A stretch of DNA of 64,000 bases from Eledone cirrhosa (GCA_964016885.1 OZ024743.1:266290001-266354000), one strand, 5' to 3'. Positions 38,718-50,934 are shown, counted from the first letter of the stretch. Made by a program: numbers and translations. The notes: generated by a model from the letters alone, not told the origin.

Positions 38718-41700
38718 CTACAGGCGCATGATCAGAGTAGGCCCACTCACGCGGGCCATTCTCGCCACATTCACCCACCTTTCAGTAAATGTACTGGGGG
38801 GCAGCACTTCTCTCTCCACCCTCACCTTCCTTTCCAAGTGAAACTTGAAGAAGTTGATGAGGGATTGGCCGAAGAGAAAAGTGTCTGTCTTCAGTCCTTT
38901 CAACCTGGTCCACCATGCAACCTCTTTCGCTACTGCCACCAGGCAGAGGAAAATTGCCTGCCCTTCCTGACCAAAAGAAGGCGGCGGGTCAATCTTCACT
39001 ATGGACTCGGACGATAGCCGGATCCGTTCTACACGCGACAATAGCTGTTCGACATAACCCCACAAGTCAGCAATGCACGGACACTGGACGAGTGCGTGCA
39101 GAACGGTTTCGTCGCTCTGCGCGCATCTCGGGCAGGTTCGTCTGACAGCACTTCCGTGCCTGTAGAGTTTATCCCGAACCGGCAGCGCCCCCCGGTAGCA
39201 CTGCCAAGCGAGGGATTTCTGGAAGTTATCCATCGTCCCCGGCTCGAAAGTCCTCCGGAACATACTGGTCAGTTCTACTTCGTTGACGCCCAGAGCCTCT
39301 CCTAGTACGTCATCGCACTTGTCCTCCACTAATCCTCTATAGAAATCTTGAGTGGAAGTTCCACTGACCGCATTGCCCACCTTGCAGAGTGCAGTGAGCG
39401 CCTGGCAACATTCCAGATGCCAGTCGCCCAGTCTCGGTCTCTTCTTGACCCAGGACTGCAGCTCAGTCAAAGAGATGAGCTGCGGAAAGGCCCGTCTAAC
39501 AAACGGCGACCACACCTGTTCACCGTTTAGGCAAAATATCTGGAGATGTCGCAGCCTCAGCGCATGTCTGCGCATCATTAGCCACGGCATGCCCAGCCCT
39601 CCACGAAGAGGGTGCTGGCAGCAGATGGACCGCCTCACCAACGGGACCCGTCCCCTCCACAAAAATTTGAAAAGGAGCCGTTCCAAATTGGCGAGACGTG
39701 GACGGGGGCAAGGCACGACGGTCAGGCGGTAGTAGATGACGGACGCGATGTACGCGTTCGCCACCTCCGCCCGCCCTTTCAGTGATAGCTTTCTCTCAGC
39801 CCATTTCTGGGTGAGGTTGGCTATCCTGCTCGTCACCTCGTCCCAATTCTTATCCACCTGGAGGTCTGGTCCGAACCAAACCCCGAGCAACTTTACCGGT
39901 CCGTCTGTCCAGCGCCCAACGACGCTGTTGGACGGCATGGACTTGCCTCTCCAGGTGCCGAGCTGCAAGCCCACCGACTTTTCCGGGTTAAGTTTTGCTC
40001 CCGTCAACCTTTCATATTCCTCCAAATGGGTGCAGATCACCTCGATTTCCGAGGTGTCCGACACCATCACGGTGATGTCGTCCGCATAAGCGGACGCAGC
40101 CTTTCTACGTCCCGGTTCGAGCGGGATGCCCTGCAACAACTCCAGCTTCCGCAGTAGAGGCTCAAGAGTCAATACGTACAGAAGTGAGGAGAGAGGGCAC
40201 CCTTGACGGACCGATCGAGAGATCTGAAACGGTTCCGAGAGGTGGCCATTAACTTTGACCACCGAGCGGATGCCGCTGTACATTGCAGCGATCCAGCTTC
40301 TGAAGACGGGGCCGAAGCCAGCCGCCTCGAGGACAGCCTCCAAGTACCGATGGTCGACCCTATCGAATGCTTTCGATTGATCTAAATTGATCAGAGCCCC
40401 ACCGAAGCCAGGTTTGCACCCAACCCTCTCTATGATGTATCGCATGAGGTGGAGGTTGTCGTGTATGGACCTGGTTGGGATTGCGCAAGTTTGCGCCTCC
40501 CCAACCAAATCTTTGACGACAAGCGCCAACCTTTTCGCTAACACCTTGGCCAAAATCTTAAACTCTGTGTTGAGCAGGGTTATGGGCCTGAAATTATCTA
40601 GTGTGTCCCTCTTGTTCTCGTCTTTCCTTATCAGCGTTACTACGCCACGGCTCACAGAACTGGGAATGCTCCCGTTCTGCTGCCAGTTGCAGTAGAGCGC
40701 TTCGAGGAGATCGGAGAACAAGTCTGGCATATTTACGTAAAGCTCGTAGGGCAGACCATCCAAACCGGGTGACTTGCGACTCGAGCAGCCGACAAGGGCG
40801 TCCTGCATTTCGGCTGATGTTATCGGCTCTTCGCAGCGCTCAGCGTCGGCCGTCGAGAGGCGTGGCAAGCCGTCGAGGTAGGGACTGAAGTCCGCCGCCG
40901 TCTCCGACTCACCCATCCTCCCGAACAATCGAGCAAAGTGCTGGCGAAAGGCCTCACACATCCGCTTGGAATCGCTCAGTTCGTGTCCATCTCGATCCGT
41001 CAAAGACCGAATTGTGGTTTTGTTTCCACGCTGCGTCTCTGCAAAGCGAGCCCATCGGGCAGCTTTGGTTCCCTCGTTCCTCAGAGCACGCGCCTTAGCT
41101 CTGACAATGCAACCTTCGTTTTTCGCATTGAAGAAATGGTCTAGTGCCATTCTCGCCGCTAGCACGTCTGTTGCAATGCCACTACAAATAGCCTCGTCTA
41201 ACTTAGCTAACAGCCCCTCCTCCTTTCTATTTTTCTCTATTGCTACTTCTTTGCTAAATCCTATCGAGGTTGCTCTAATCTCTCTTTTGAGTGCCCCCCA
41301 CCACCTGTTGTTGACAACCCCCCCTGTCAACTTTTGCTTAACTAAGTTGTTGACCCGGTCCCTGTAAGCTTTACGTGCCGGAAACGACATGTTTAGCTTC
41401 CAGTAGCTAGGTCCTAACCTACGTGTCTTATCTAGGTCGACCATACAGATCACAAGCTTGTGATCTGAATAGGCAACCGTTTTAAAATGTGGACATCCTA
41501 CACTATTTCTATCTCTTTTCCTAATGAAAATCCTATCTATGTACGATCTAGATGACCCTATGCGATTGGTCCAGGTCCATACTGGCGCATTAGGGAAATC
41601 TAGTCGGTACCTGTCAGACAGTTGAAACTGGCTGATCAGGTACTTGAGGCTTTTGCACCCCCCGCTCCTATCAGATACTCCCACACAATCCCAGCGTGCT

Positions 41701-42137
41701 TCTAAGATGCCATTCCAATCCCCTATTAACAGTAAAGGGCGAGACGTAAGCAGAAAGTTTTCCAGGCGCCTAAAGAAGTCCGGCCGACCGGCCCCAGTAG
41801 GGGCGTAGACGGCCACCAGTCTAAAGGCACCACCTTCGCTATTGCTCACGTCCAGGACCACCAACTTTCCGTCAGGATCCCGGAAGATTGACCTTACCTC
41901 GAGATCCAGACATTTCCTAAACAGCACAGCCACTCCACCTCCCATTCCCGGCCGACTAACAGATGCAAAGATCTGATAATCGTCGAAAATCGGCGCCAGT
42001 GCGCGTGTGTCGGAAATTCTGGTCTCGCTGATGGCAATTACATCCATTCCTAGTGACCTGAGGTCGTTGAGCAAGTGACCTTGCTTCCAGGGCGACCCCA
42101 GGCCACGAACATTTAAACTTCCTACTCTTATGGCCAT
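38718..42137 (-). CDS. ORF2: APE endonuclease, reverse transcriptase and C-terminal Cys/His motif, uninterrupted 1139 aa
   Basis: SLNVRGL, ISET, VYAP, GDWN, YIDRI, SDH; KSPGLDGLP, NFRPITLLN, DQSKAFD, QGCPLS, YADD; CPRC..ETVLHALVQC. Confidence 0.96.
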   Translation of the reverse strand: MAIRVGSLNVRGLGSPWKQGHLLNDLRSLGMDVIAISETRISDTRALAPIFDDYQIFASVSRPGMGGGVAVLFRKCLDLEVRSIFRDPDGKLVVLDVSNSEGGAFRLVAVYAPTGAGRPDFFRRLENFLLTSRPLLLIGDWNGILEARWDCVGVSDRSGGCKSLKYLISQFQLSDRYRLDFPNAPVWTWTNRIGSSRSYIDRIFIRKRDRNSVGCPHFKTVAYSDHKLVICMVDLDKTRRLGPSYWKLNMSFPARKAYRDRVNNLVKQKLTGGVVNNRWWGALKREIRATSIGFSKEVAIEKNRKEEGLLAKLDEAICSGIATDVLAARMALDHFFNAKNEGCIVRAKARALRNEGTKAARWARFAETQRGNKTTIRSLTDRDGHELSDSKRMCEAFRQHFARLFGRMGESETAADFSPYLDGLPRLSTADAERCEEPITSAEMQDALVGCSSRKSPGLDGLPYELYVNMPDLFSDLLEALYCNWQQNGSIPSSVSRGVVTLIRKDENKRDTLDNFRPITLLNTEFKILAKVLAKRLALVVKDLVGEAQTCAIPTRSIHDNLHLMRYIIERVGCKPGFGGALINLDQSKAFDRVDHRYLEAVLEAAGFGPVFRSWIAAMYSGIRSVVKVNGHLSEPFQISRSVRQGCPLSSLLYVLTLEPLLRKLELLQGIPLEPGRRKAASAYADDITVMVSDTSEIEVICTHLEEYERLTGAKLNPEKSVGLQLGTWRGKSMPSNSVVGRWTDGPVKLLGVWFGPDLQVDKNWDEVTSRIANLTQKWAERKLSLKGRAEVANAYIASVIYYRLTVVPCPRPRLANLERLLFKFLWRGRVPLVRRSICCQHPLRGGLGMPWLMMRRHALRLRHLQIFCLNGEQVWSPFVRRAFPQLISLTELQSWVKKRPRLGDWHLECCQALTALCKVGNAVSGTSTQDFYRGLVEDKCDDVLGEALGVNEVELTSMFRRTFEPGTMDNFQKSLAWQCYRGALPVRDKLYRHGSAVRRTCPRCAQSDETVLHALVQCPCIADLWGYVEQLLSRVERIRLSSESIVKIDPPPSFGQEGQAIFLCLVAVAKEVAWWTRLKGLKTDTFLFGQSLINFFKFHLERKVRVEREVLPPSTFTERWVNVARMARVSGPTLIMRL

Positions 42138-42166
42138 GCTGGCAGGATGAATGGGAGAGGAAAGGT

Positions 42167-44077
42167 TTACTTACCTTCCGGGGTCTTGTGAAGGTCGGGT
42201 GGTTCGACCTCCATGGTTTGTGGGGTTTCTTTTGGGAACCCCTTTAATAGTCTTGAAGTGGGTTTTACGTTCGGGGTTCCCACATCCCGAGGAAAGCTCT
42301 TTCGAATTTCTTTGTATGAAGCGAGCGACATTCGTATCAGAAGCAAATTATCTGGTACGCGAAATGTGCTCGCTTCAAATGTATCCCCCTCTTTTTCGAT
42401 GTTTGTGCTTCGTGCTACATGGGCCATCAATTCCTTGTTGGCCCTTCTGGCAAGCACGAAGTTTTTAATGTTTTGTTGCTCGGGTTTTATTTGTTCGTGT
42501 GATTGTGGTGGTGATAGCTTTGTTAGTGTTGTTTCTATTGTGTCTGCGTTTGTTGTGGGTGGGGTGTCTGTAGTTTCTGATGTTTGTGTGTCTATTTGTT
42601 CTTGTGTCTGTTTAGCTTGTTTGCGTTTGGGGGATTTTGGTGGTTGTGTTGGTGATGCTGTGGGGAAAATGTTTGTGTGGGTGGTGTGTGTATTTTTTTT
42701 TGTGGGGGTGTTTGTGCTTTGTGGATTTCTTTTTTTTTTGTGTTTTGTTTTTTGTATTTTGGGGGACTTTGGTTTTCCCTCATCTTCACTGCTGGAGGAT
42801 GAGGGGTCTGTGGCTGTGAGCGTGTTTGTGTCTGAGTGAGTGTTTATGTTCTTGTTCGTGTGTGTATTTTGGGGGGGAGGCGGAATGGGAGAGCTTTCCT
42901 CGTTTCCCCCCTGGGTGTGCAATTTTGGTGGTTCCATTGTTGACGGTGTTGCCGGTGGTCCTTGTCCCGGCGTCGCCAGCAGTGGAATCTTTCGACCCCT
43001 TGCGCTTTTCGGCAGTTGAGGGCAGAAGGCTCGCAAGTGTGTCGTTTCCCCACAAAGGAAACAATGCGGCCTTTTGCCCTCAGTCATTATATGCAACACC
43101 CTCCCGTTTTGGAGGCGGATGTGGTCCGGGATTGCTTTTACGTTTTCGGGTCTGATTTGGAGCAGTATCTCCAGATCAACCCCGGACCAGTCTTCCCTGG
43201 CAGTTCTCGTTGCCTCTACCGGGACTGTATCCGTTCCTTCCACGATTACGCAACCCAGGAGCCACCACATATCAAGTCCTGGTGGAATCCTGGGAATGCG
43301 CACACGTGCTATTCGTTTTCACATGTGGGAGGGGTACATTATGACCTTGCTGGTTGTGCAAGGGGTCATTGAATGCTTCACAGCGAGGGCTTCAGACTTG
43401 AACAGCACCGAAACGGTGCCGTATTGCCTGCCCCTCTCTATGAAGTCTGTGTCCTCTCTGATGTATTTCAGTGCGGCTTCTATATCAGCTTGGGCGATTA
43501 TCGCTGCCCTCTTTGTCTCTACTGAGATGCATCTGAAATGCACCGTTCTTTTTTCCACTGCCTCAATGGCTTCTGCCGGGACAGTTAAGTTTGCCCAGGT
43601 CTGCTCTTGATTTATGATTTTCCAGGCCTGGGCCAACTTTTCCTCTCTGTTGGTTAAGTCGATGCTGTAGCATGGTCTCCTTTTAGCCGCTGCCACAGCA
43701 GCGAAGGTGTTCTTGTTGGTGTTGCCACTGTTGTTGTTCTTGTTGGTGTTGCTGCTGCTATTGCTGTTGTTGTTCTCCCCTGTGTCGTGGTTACCCTCTG
43801 TGCTGTTGGCCTTGTTGGTGCTGCTGCTGTCGCTACTATTACTCTCTGTGCTGTTCGTTTTGTTGGTGCTCTCGCTATTACCACCTTCTGCGCTGTTCGG
43901 CTTGTTGGTGTTGGTGTTGTCGCTGTTACCACCTTCCGCGCCGCTCGGCCCGTTGGTGCTGGCACTGTCGCTGCTCACACTCGTGCTGGTGGCGCTCCTC
44001 GCCCCACCTCTCCTCTCAACGCTCAAGTCGCCGTTGCACGACAGCAGACCCGCCTCTAGGGGGCGTGGCTCCGCCAT
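42167..44077 (-). CDS. ORF1 gag-like protein with CCHC knuckle; one in-frame TGA at 43319-43321
   Basis: Track ORFs 43319-44077 and 42167-43303 are in the same frame (SHM*KRIARVRIP); CFLCGETTHLRAFC; Ser/Asn/Thr-rich N-terminus. Confidence 0.85.
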
Positions 44078-44403
44078 GTTTTTTTGAGAAAAAAAATTAT
44101 TATTTTTCCAAAATAAAGTTCAAATATTTGGGCCAAAAGGCCCAAATATTATGAGTTATTCCTTCACAGGATACAAATGAATGTCTTATAATGCTTCAGC
44201 GGTACAAAAAAATAAACAATTCTCCACAATTAATCCTCAAAAAATTGCTTGCTCACGGAGCTTCAAAAAACGTACATCCACTTTCGTCAATAATAATAAT
44301 AATAATAACAACAATAATAATAATGACAACAACAATAATAATATATTTCGTTTCTGAATTTGTTTAGCAAGATTCTTTATCTGAAATCGTGTGTTGAAAC
44401 CGA

Positions 44404-44774
44404 TATTGTTATACTTTGGGAGGGTCATGTTGCCAATAAGAAACACACGCACCAGTTGCTTTCACTTCAATTTATTATATATTTATAAATTTACAAATTT
44501 ACAAACTTATAAATTTCTGGTTGGTTGGTTGGTTCCACAACCAGATAGTTGTTTATATATAGTCATAGTCCTTTCGTCACACACTCTGTGACCTCTTCGT
44601 GACGAAAGGACTATGAATATATATAAACAACTATCTGGTTGTGGAACCAACCAACCAACCAGAAATTTATAAGTTTGTAAATTTGTAAATTTATAAATAT
44701 ATAATAAATTGAAGTGAATGCAACTGGTGCGTGTGTTTCTTATTGGCAACATGACCCTCCCAAAGTATAACAAT
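44404..44774. repeat. Near-perfect ~370-bp palindrome
   Basis: TATTGTTATACTTTGGGAGGGTCATG..CTTTCGTCAC, 18-nt loop, GTGACGAAAG..CATGACCCTCCCAAAGTATAACAATA; related single copy at ~22850-22990. Confidence 0.92.
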
Positions 44775-44854
44775 AATAATATACATATACATATATACAC
44801 ACACACATGCATACACATAAGCATATCTACACACACACACACACACGATAGCAA

Positions 44855-46222
44855 CTAACAGCGCTGCGATCGAATGTGGCTTTTTAGCCCAGCCAATGAT
44901 CTACAATGTCTTTCACAGAGTCGGCAACCAAAACATTCACTGGGAATAGTCGGCTGTGGTTGGAGTTCGTGTACTTTTGCATGTCGCTTGAGCCCTATTG
45001 CTGATCTACATTCTCTACTACATGTTTGGCAAGCATGATGAGTAGCATCTCCAACAGCAGCCTGGTAGTCAACCACTGGTCTTACTTCATGACTGCGAAG
45101 ATTACTTTCGAGTCCAGCTTTGCTTAGGCAGAGTCTCGCACATACGCTGCATGTCAGCACCATAGGAGGATCCTCGCCGTCTGGAAGTGCAACAGCAATG
45201 CCCTTCCTCACATCCCGCTTTACTTCCTCGTATGCGATTCGAGATGCCTCAAAGGCAACGTTTCCCTCATATACAGTCTTTCTCCATTTATTACGATCAG
45301 CAGCAATATTTTCCCATGTATCAGCAGAGCTGTTAGCGTCTTTCAGAGAGGCTTTCAAGGAATCCTTATACCTCTTTTTTGGTTTATGTGGCGGTCGTTT
45401 TCCTTTAACCAACTCTCCATAGAAGATTTGTTTTGGTATTCTAGAATCCTTCATCCTGGCAAGGCGACCACTCCAACGGAGTCGTTGCTTAAGCACAAGA
45501 GCTTCTATACTGTCACACATAGAGCTTTCCAAAATCTCGACATCACTGATGTGGTCCCTCCAGTGAACGCCATGGATCCGTCTGAGACACATCTGATGGA
45601 AACGCTCCAATTGCTTAAGATGGTGTCGTTATGTGACCCAGGTCTCGCAGGCATAAAGAAGACAAGAGAGTACACATGCCCTGTACACCTTTACCTTTGT
45701 CCTCCTGCATATGCCTCGCCGACCCCAGAGTCGCCTTTCTAGCTTTCCGAAAGCATCACTTGCTTTCCTAATCCTAAGGGAGATTTCACTGTCAAGGTTG
45801 CCGTATCGATTGAGAGTGCTTCCCAGGTAGACAAACTGATCAACCACTCCAAGTCGTTTGCCATACACATAGATGTTTGGTTCAGTGTACTGCTTACTAG
45901 GGGCAGGTTGGTACATGACGACGGTTTTCTTGAGACTGACAGTCAAACCCAGGGCAGTGCAAGCGTTAGAAAATGCATTCAAAATGTGCTGCATATCACT
46001 CTCTGTGTGCGCTACAAGATCGCAATCATCTGCATACAAGAGGTCTCTTATGATTGATGTAAATACTTTTGTCTTCACAGCAAAGCGCCTGATGTTAAAT
46101 ATGCTGCCTGAGGTTCGATATCGGATGTAAACACCATGCTCGCAATTCCTGAATGCAATACAGAAAACCATTGCAAAGTATTTGGCAAACAGGGTCGGTG
46201 GTGGAATATCCCCCTGTTTCAC
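44855..46222 (-). pseudogene. 5'-truncated RTE-clade LINE (RT C-half and three C2H2-like fingers)
   Basis: [60 protein letters not shown]; one in-frame stop at 45629. Confidence 0.9.
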
Positions 46223-46289
46223 TCCATGTTTACACTATATATATATATATACATACATATATATATACATACATATATATTCGATATAT

Positions 46290-46381
<92 letters not shown>

Positions 46382-49129
46382 CTAGAGTGTCCCATAGAAA
46401 GCAAGTTCACAATACTAACGCTGCCTCTGTAATTTCCCATTATAAATGCCCCAACTGGTAAAATAAAACATATTTTGTATAAAATAAATTATTTTGAGCC
46501 TTCCCTATATCATGGTGATTTTAGTGGAAATTGTGATTATGTTGCATGAAATCGTGAACATGTGTTACCAAATATGACCATACAATAATTGTTTATTGTA
46601 TTAATCCATTATATTTAGTAAACCAGCTTTGTATATAAAGGCGTACAAGGATGAAACAAGGTCAGTTAAGTTAACTACAGTCATATTTTTTTCAGAGTTT
46701 CTTTTTTGAAATCCGGGACCTTGCGACGATGAGCTTCGACTACTTGAAGAATACAAGGCTTCTCCTCCTCATTCTTGGTGATGGCAACAAAATCAGTTAT
46801 CAACTTGACTGCTCTCTCCGCCAGATCGTTGATTACCTAGATATTGTGAACAACAGCACAGGCATTTTGATATAACGCGTGTGATGACCAAGTTGCAGGT
46901 GACAGCTCAAGCCAAGTATCGTCGAGACCAAGGAGATCGAACAGAAGCCTTGATTTCTTCCCAACTAGATGAGGCAGCTTCGTGGACGACTTCAACTCGG
47001 GAAATACTGGAGCACCACGGTCGAGAGGCCCAGACGTTTTCGTTTTGACAAGACGTTGGGCTATTTGATTCTTCTCGGACTCTTGTACCCGACTTGAAAA
47101 CAGCGTTAGCGGAATGGCTTCCTCCGTCAGGTACCAAAGATACCTGCTCAGAGCAGTAGTGGCTGCTTGCGAGAGATCTCTGTCAATCTTACTGTACTGT
47201 GTCAACTCCACGAAGAATTGAAGATCATTGGATGGTGCATCAGCACACCTGACTGCTGTCAGCCAGTATCGCACGTAGAATAGATCATTGAACATACAGA
47301 TCCGGCGCAACGTTTCCATTTTAGCTTGATCGTAATTGAGTCGCACACCAAATGCATACATCTTTGTACTATAGATGATTGTGGACATCCACCGAGCGTT
47401 AAGATGTGCACCAATGAATTCCACGAGGGGGGGGGGGGTGACACCAAGCAAGATCAACATCAACTCGGCACATTCTCGGTAGTTGTTCCGTGGAAGAGAA
47501 CACAATTTCCCATCGTCGGATGTCAGCAAATCTTGGAGGAACTTGATGTTCTCAGAACACAGACACGTGAGTCTTGGGTCGACAATGTTCAATGTTTTAA
47601 AGTTGGTCTTGTCCGTGAGTGACACCCAATCTTTTTTTAAACTCCTTGAAATCTGGGGTATCTGGACATTGCTCCGAATAGTTGTTGCCACACTGCATAC
47701 AAGATACGCTCCATTTGGTGCCGACAAGAAAAATAAAACACCTTTTTGTTGAGCATCTCTTGTAGTTTCTCGCAGGCACCCTTTTTCCATCCAGAATTCG
47801 AAGCAGTTGTGTCGAAGACCAAGCCCACCACAGACCCATCAACATTCCAATTTTTAACAAGATCAAATGATGCTTTGGCTTGGGTGGTTCCAGTGCCATC
47901 AGGAATTATGGGAACACCGAGAAGTTTACCTTTTCTGAAGTCCGGAGTTCCAGCAACTAGCACACCTAGCCTCTCGTGGTCACCAGGAACTATTTTGCCA
48001 TCCCAATGCAAGGTAACAAAGTCTGGTAGAGCAAATTGTTCCTTTATGTGTTCAGCCCGAACGGTTCTGATCTTCTTAGCTGCACGTCTGCTACTATTCT
48101 TGGAGAGAGTTGTGGCGTCTATGTCAGTCCCACCCTCAGAAATAATCGATACCATAAATGCTGTTCTCTACCCAGTGTCAGGTTTAAATGATCAGCCATT
48201 AGAGACATTTTTGGACTTTAAAATGGATTCTTTGGGAGTCCTAGTTGGAATTTTTGTTTCTTGTCTAACTTTGAGCTGTCTCTGGGTGGGTTTGAGGCCT
48301 GAAACTCAGGATCCTGTTCATCTTCAGTTCCATCATTGGTTGAACTTGAATCAGTCAGTTCATTACGTGGAAGTTGTGCTGCTACAGATCCTGACAAACG
48401 CTTTCTCTTGTTCTCTGACTCTCGGCGAGCCACAGAAACCTGATCACGGTGAAACTTTGAAGATACCTTTTTCTGGTAACCCTTTTCTTCAGCACCCAGA
48501 GATACTTTTTCCAGGGCTTCGAGAAATGTAGCATCTTCCATTTTCTGTTCATTATTACGAAGACGGTCTTTTAAAATTTTCTTTTCAGTATGTGCAATGT
48601 AGAAATACGAATCCAATTCAGAAATAAATAGTGCTTCCTTTTCTTTGTTTGACTTAGAACCTTTGCTTTTTTGTAAATTTCTGTACATGTTCATAATTTT
48701 CAGTTTCACTTTGTCTTTTCGTTGACGCCACACCAGCTTTTTCCCACTTACTAACTACTTCCATCACAAGCCTATCCGCAATAACACCATTGAAGCTCAC
48801 ATGCTTTTCGTGTTTCATAGGACCATCTTTCAGGTAGAAGAAATATCTTAGAACATCGCCCTTTGTTGGTATTTTGTTTGGTGAAAAGGATGTAACATAT
48901 TGCCCCAGGAGCCATATTTCTCGATCATCACAACGGAGCGAGTAGCTACAACTAGACCCACTGGTTTTCGCCATTATTCTGCCAATTTGCAACTATTAGG
49001 CAAGACTTAAATTAGTCTGAAGTAATCAAAATTAAATTATAAATTGATAATATATAAAATGGCATGAAAAAATGCATAGGGAGCTATGAAAATAACACTT
49101 TTGTGTAAAATGTAGGATTCTGGAGCACC

Positions 49130-49133
<4 letters not shown>
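46382..49133 (-). mobile_element. hAT-superfamily (hATm-like) DNA transposon with frameshifted transposase, in (TA)n
   Basis: Termini TAGAGTGTCCCA and (rc) TAGGGTGCTCCA; LHWDGK, VFDTTASNSG, CRHQME, ARWM, LWYLTEE, NDLAERAVKL motifs; subgroup name is from recollection. Confidence 0.8.
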
Positions 49134-49171
<38 letters not shown>

Positions 49172-49489
49172 CTACATTTAACCATGTGTGTATGGATGTG
49201 TTCGCACTGGTTTGTTTATAAACACAGATTAGTAAAATGTTTAACGTATCAGAATATTATTACAGTGTTTGTTCATACACATCATCTATTTATAGCTTCA
49301 CTAAATCAATAAGAAAATCTGAACAGTGTCTCACTATATTTTAGTTTCATATCATTATAAGAACTCTGTCTCATGACATAATGTGCTATCTCTACATTGT
49401 ATTGATATCAGACGCTGGCACAAAGCCATATGAATCGTCGGGAGATTTGTATAATTTCGTTTGAATAATATCCTTATGAAATACTGTTC

Positions 49490-49920
49490 AGTGAAGGCAC
49501 GCTATATAGTGTTTAGAGCGCTGGACTCACGAGCATTAGTTTTGGGGTTCGCTTTCCGGAGAGAACGTTGTTCTGTGTCCTTAAGCTTATCTGTCAAAAT
49601 GAGTACTAGTTGTAGTTGGAAGAGAAAGTTGTGGTGCAAGAGAGACTTTCATTCCCTTCGATGCTTATCGCCCCATGAAACGAAATAAACTCTAGCCTGA
49701 TGAAAATGTGGTCTCAAAACAGACTTTAACTAATTAAAAATATAGCTGTATCGATAGATAGATATATTGATTCATTGATTGACAGGCTTGATACAGCGCC
49801 GGACAACAGCATTGTCTTATTTGTTCCGGCTTTTTACGTTCTGAGTTCAAATCTTGACAAGCGTCAACTTTATTTTCCGTCCCTCCGACGTTTACAAGAT
49901 AAATTGTTGTTCAAATAAAA
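49490..49920 (+). mobile_element. Degenerate SINE remnants (family 2-like, then family 1-like)
   Basis: TAGTGTTTAGAGCGCTGGACTCACGA..GTTCG; TTTTACGTTCTGAGTTCAAATC. Confidence 0.5.
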
Positions 49921-50214
49921 GGGTCAATTTAATTCGACTAATATACATTACATATGTATATTTTAGTTTGAAATCACACTGATAAATGCCTTTTAAAGAG
50001 ATCGAATGGTAGTATCGTGAGAATGTCGGAAAACCATCAATCCAGTACAGTGGATTGGTTTAATTTTTAGAGCGAATGACGAAATATCTAGCCAATTCTT
50101 TCCCGTTTATTTGATTTCTGAGTTCTTGTGTGGTAGACTTAATCGATTGTTCTCTTTATCACCAACACATTCTTGCTTGAGTGCATTGTGCGAATCAACA
50201 CTGTCGCAAACACA

Positions 50215-50345
50215 GGGCCCGGGTTTCACTTTTCCTCTAAAGAGTAACCCAGCATCAAATGATCACACGATATGTAGACAAGCATACTATAGCTTCCTCC
50301 GGGGAAACGCCTTCTCCATTCTGTCCGCCGGGGCTGTGGGGCGGC
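50215..50345 (+). pseudogene. CRE-like 3' remnant
   Basis: FLRGNAFSILSAG resembles the end of the 28185-28710 fragment. Confidence 0.4.
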
Positions 50346-50530
50346 CAGCACGTGGGACCCTATTTGCTCACAATACAGAGAGATGGGGAGGGCGAGAGAG
50401 ATGGAGGCGATGATAATGGGAGTTTGGCTCTTCAGTGTTCGGACACATTGCACCTGTCATGTGGAATAAATATGCATACGGGAATTGAATAATCACGACC
50501 GTAGCGGTATGTCATATATCAAATCATATA

Positions 50531-50578
50531 TTTTGTCTGATGAGGACAGCACAGTACCTTTGAAATATATATAATAAA
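50531..50578 (+). ncRNA. Minimal type I hammerhead motif, weak stem II
   Basis: TTTGT-CTGATGA-GGACAGCACAGTACCTTT-GAAA-TATATATA-ATAAA. Confidence 0.55.
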
Positions 50579-50639
50579 GTATATAATATTTTGATTATGC
50601 GAATATTTTTCATTTGTTAACATTTTGAATAATATACAC

Positions 50640-50671
<32 letters not shown>

Positions 50672-50750
50672 GTGTGTGTGTGTCTATGTGTGTGTGTCCT
50701 GTGACATAGCATAGCATTTCAAAAATTCGAGAGATTCAATTAACTGACAA

Positions 50751-50804
<54 letters not shown>

Positions 50805-50842
50805 AGCTACTACTACTATTACTTACTACTACTACTACTACA

Positions 50843-50934
<92 letters not shown>
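50751..50934. repeat. (TAC)n microsatellite grading into (TGC)n
   Basis: Direct reading. Confidence 0.96.

Larger units (their letters stand above)
38460..44288 (-). mobile_element. Full-length L1/Tx1-like LINE (~5.8 kb) in an (ATT)n tract
   Basis: 5' UTR, ORF1, ORF2 and 3' UTR with AATAAA and (ATT)n tail; (TAA/CAA)n also abuts the 5' end at 44289-44341. Confidence 0.93.

Noticed and set aside
43707-44087. Leu-rich membrane-like ORFs and other antisense ORFs over the LINEs
   Set aside because: They are shadows of the low-complexity ORF1 and RT frames on the opposite strand.
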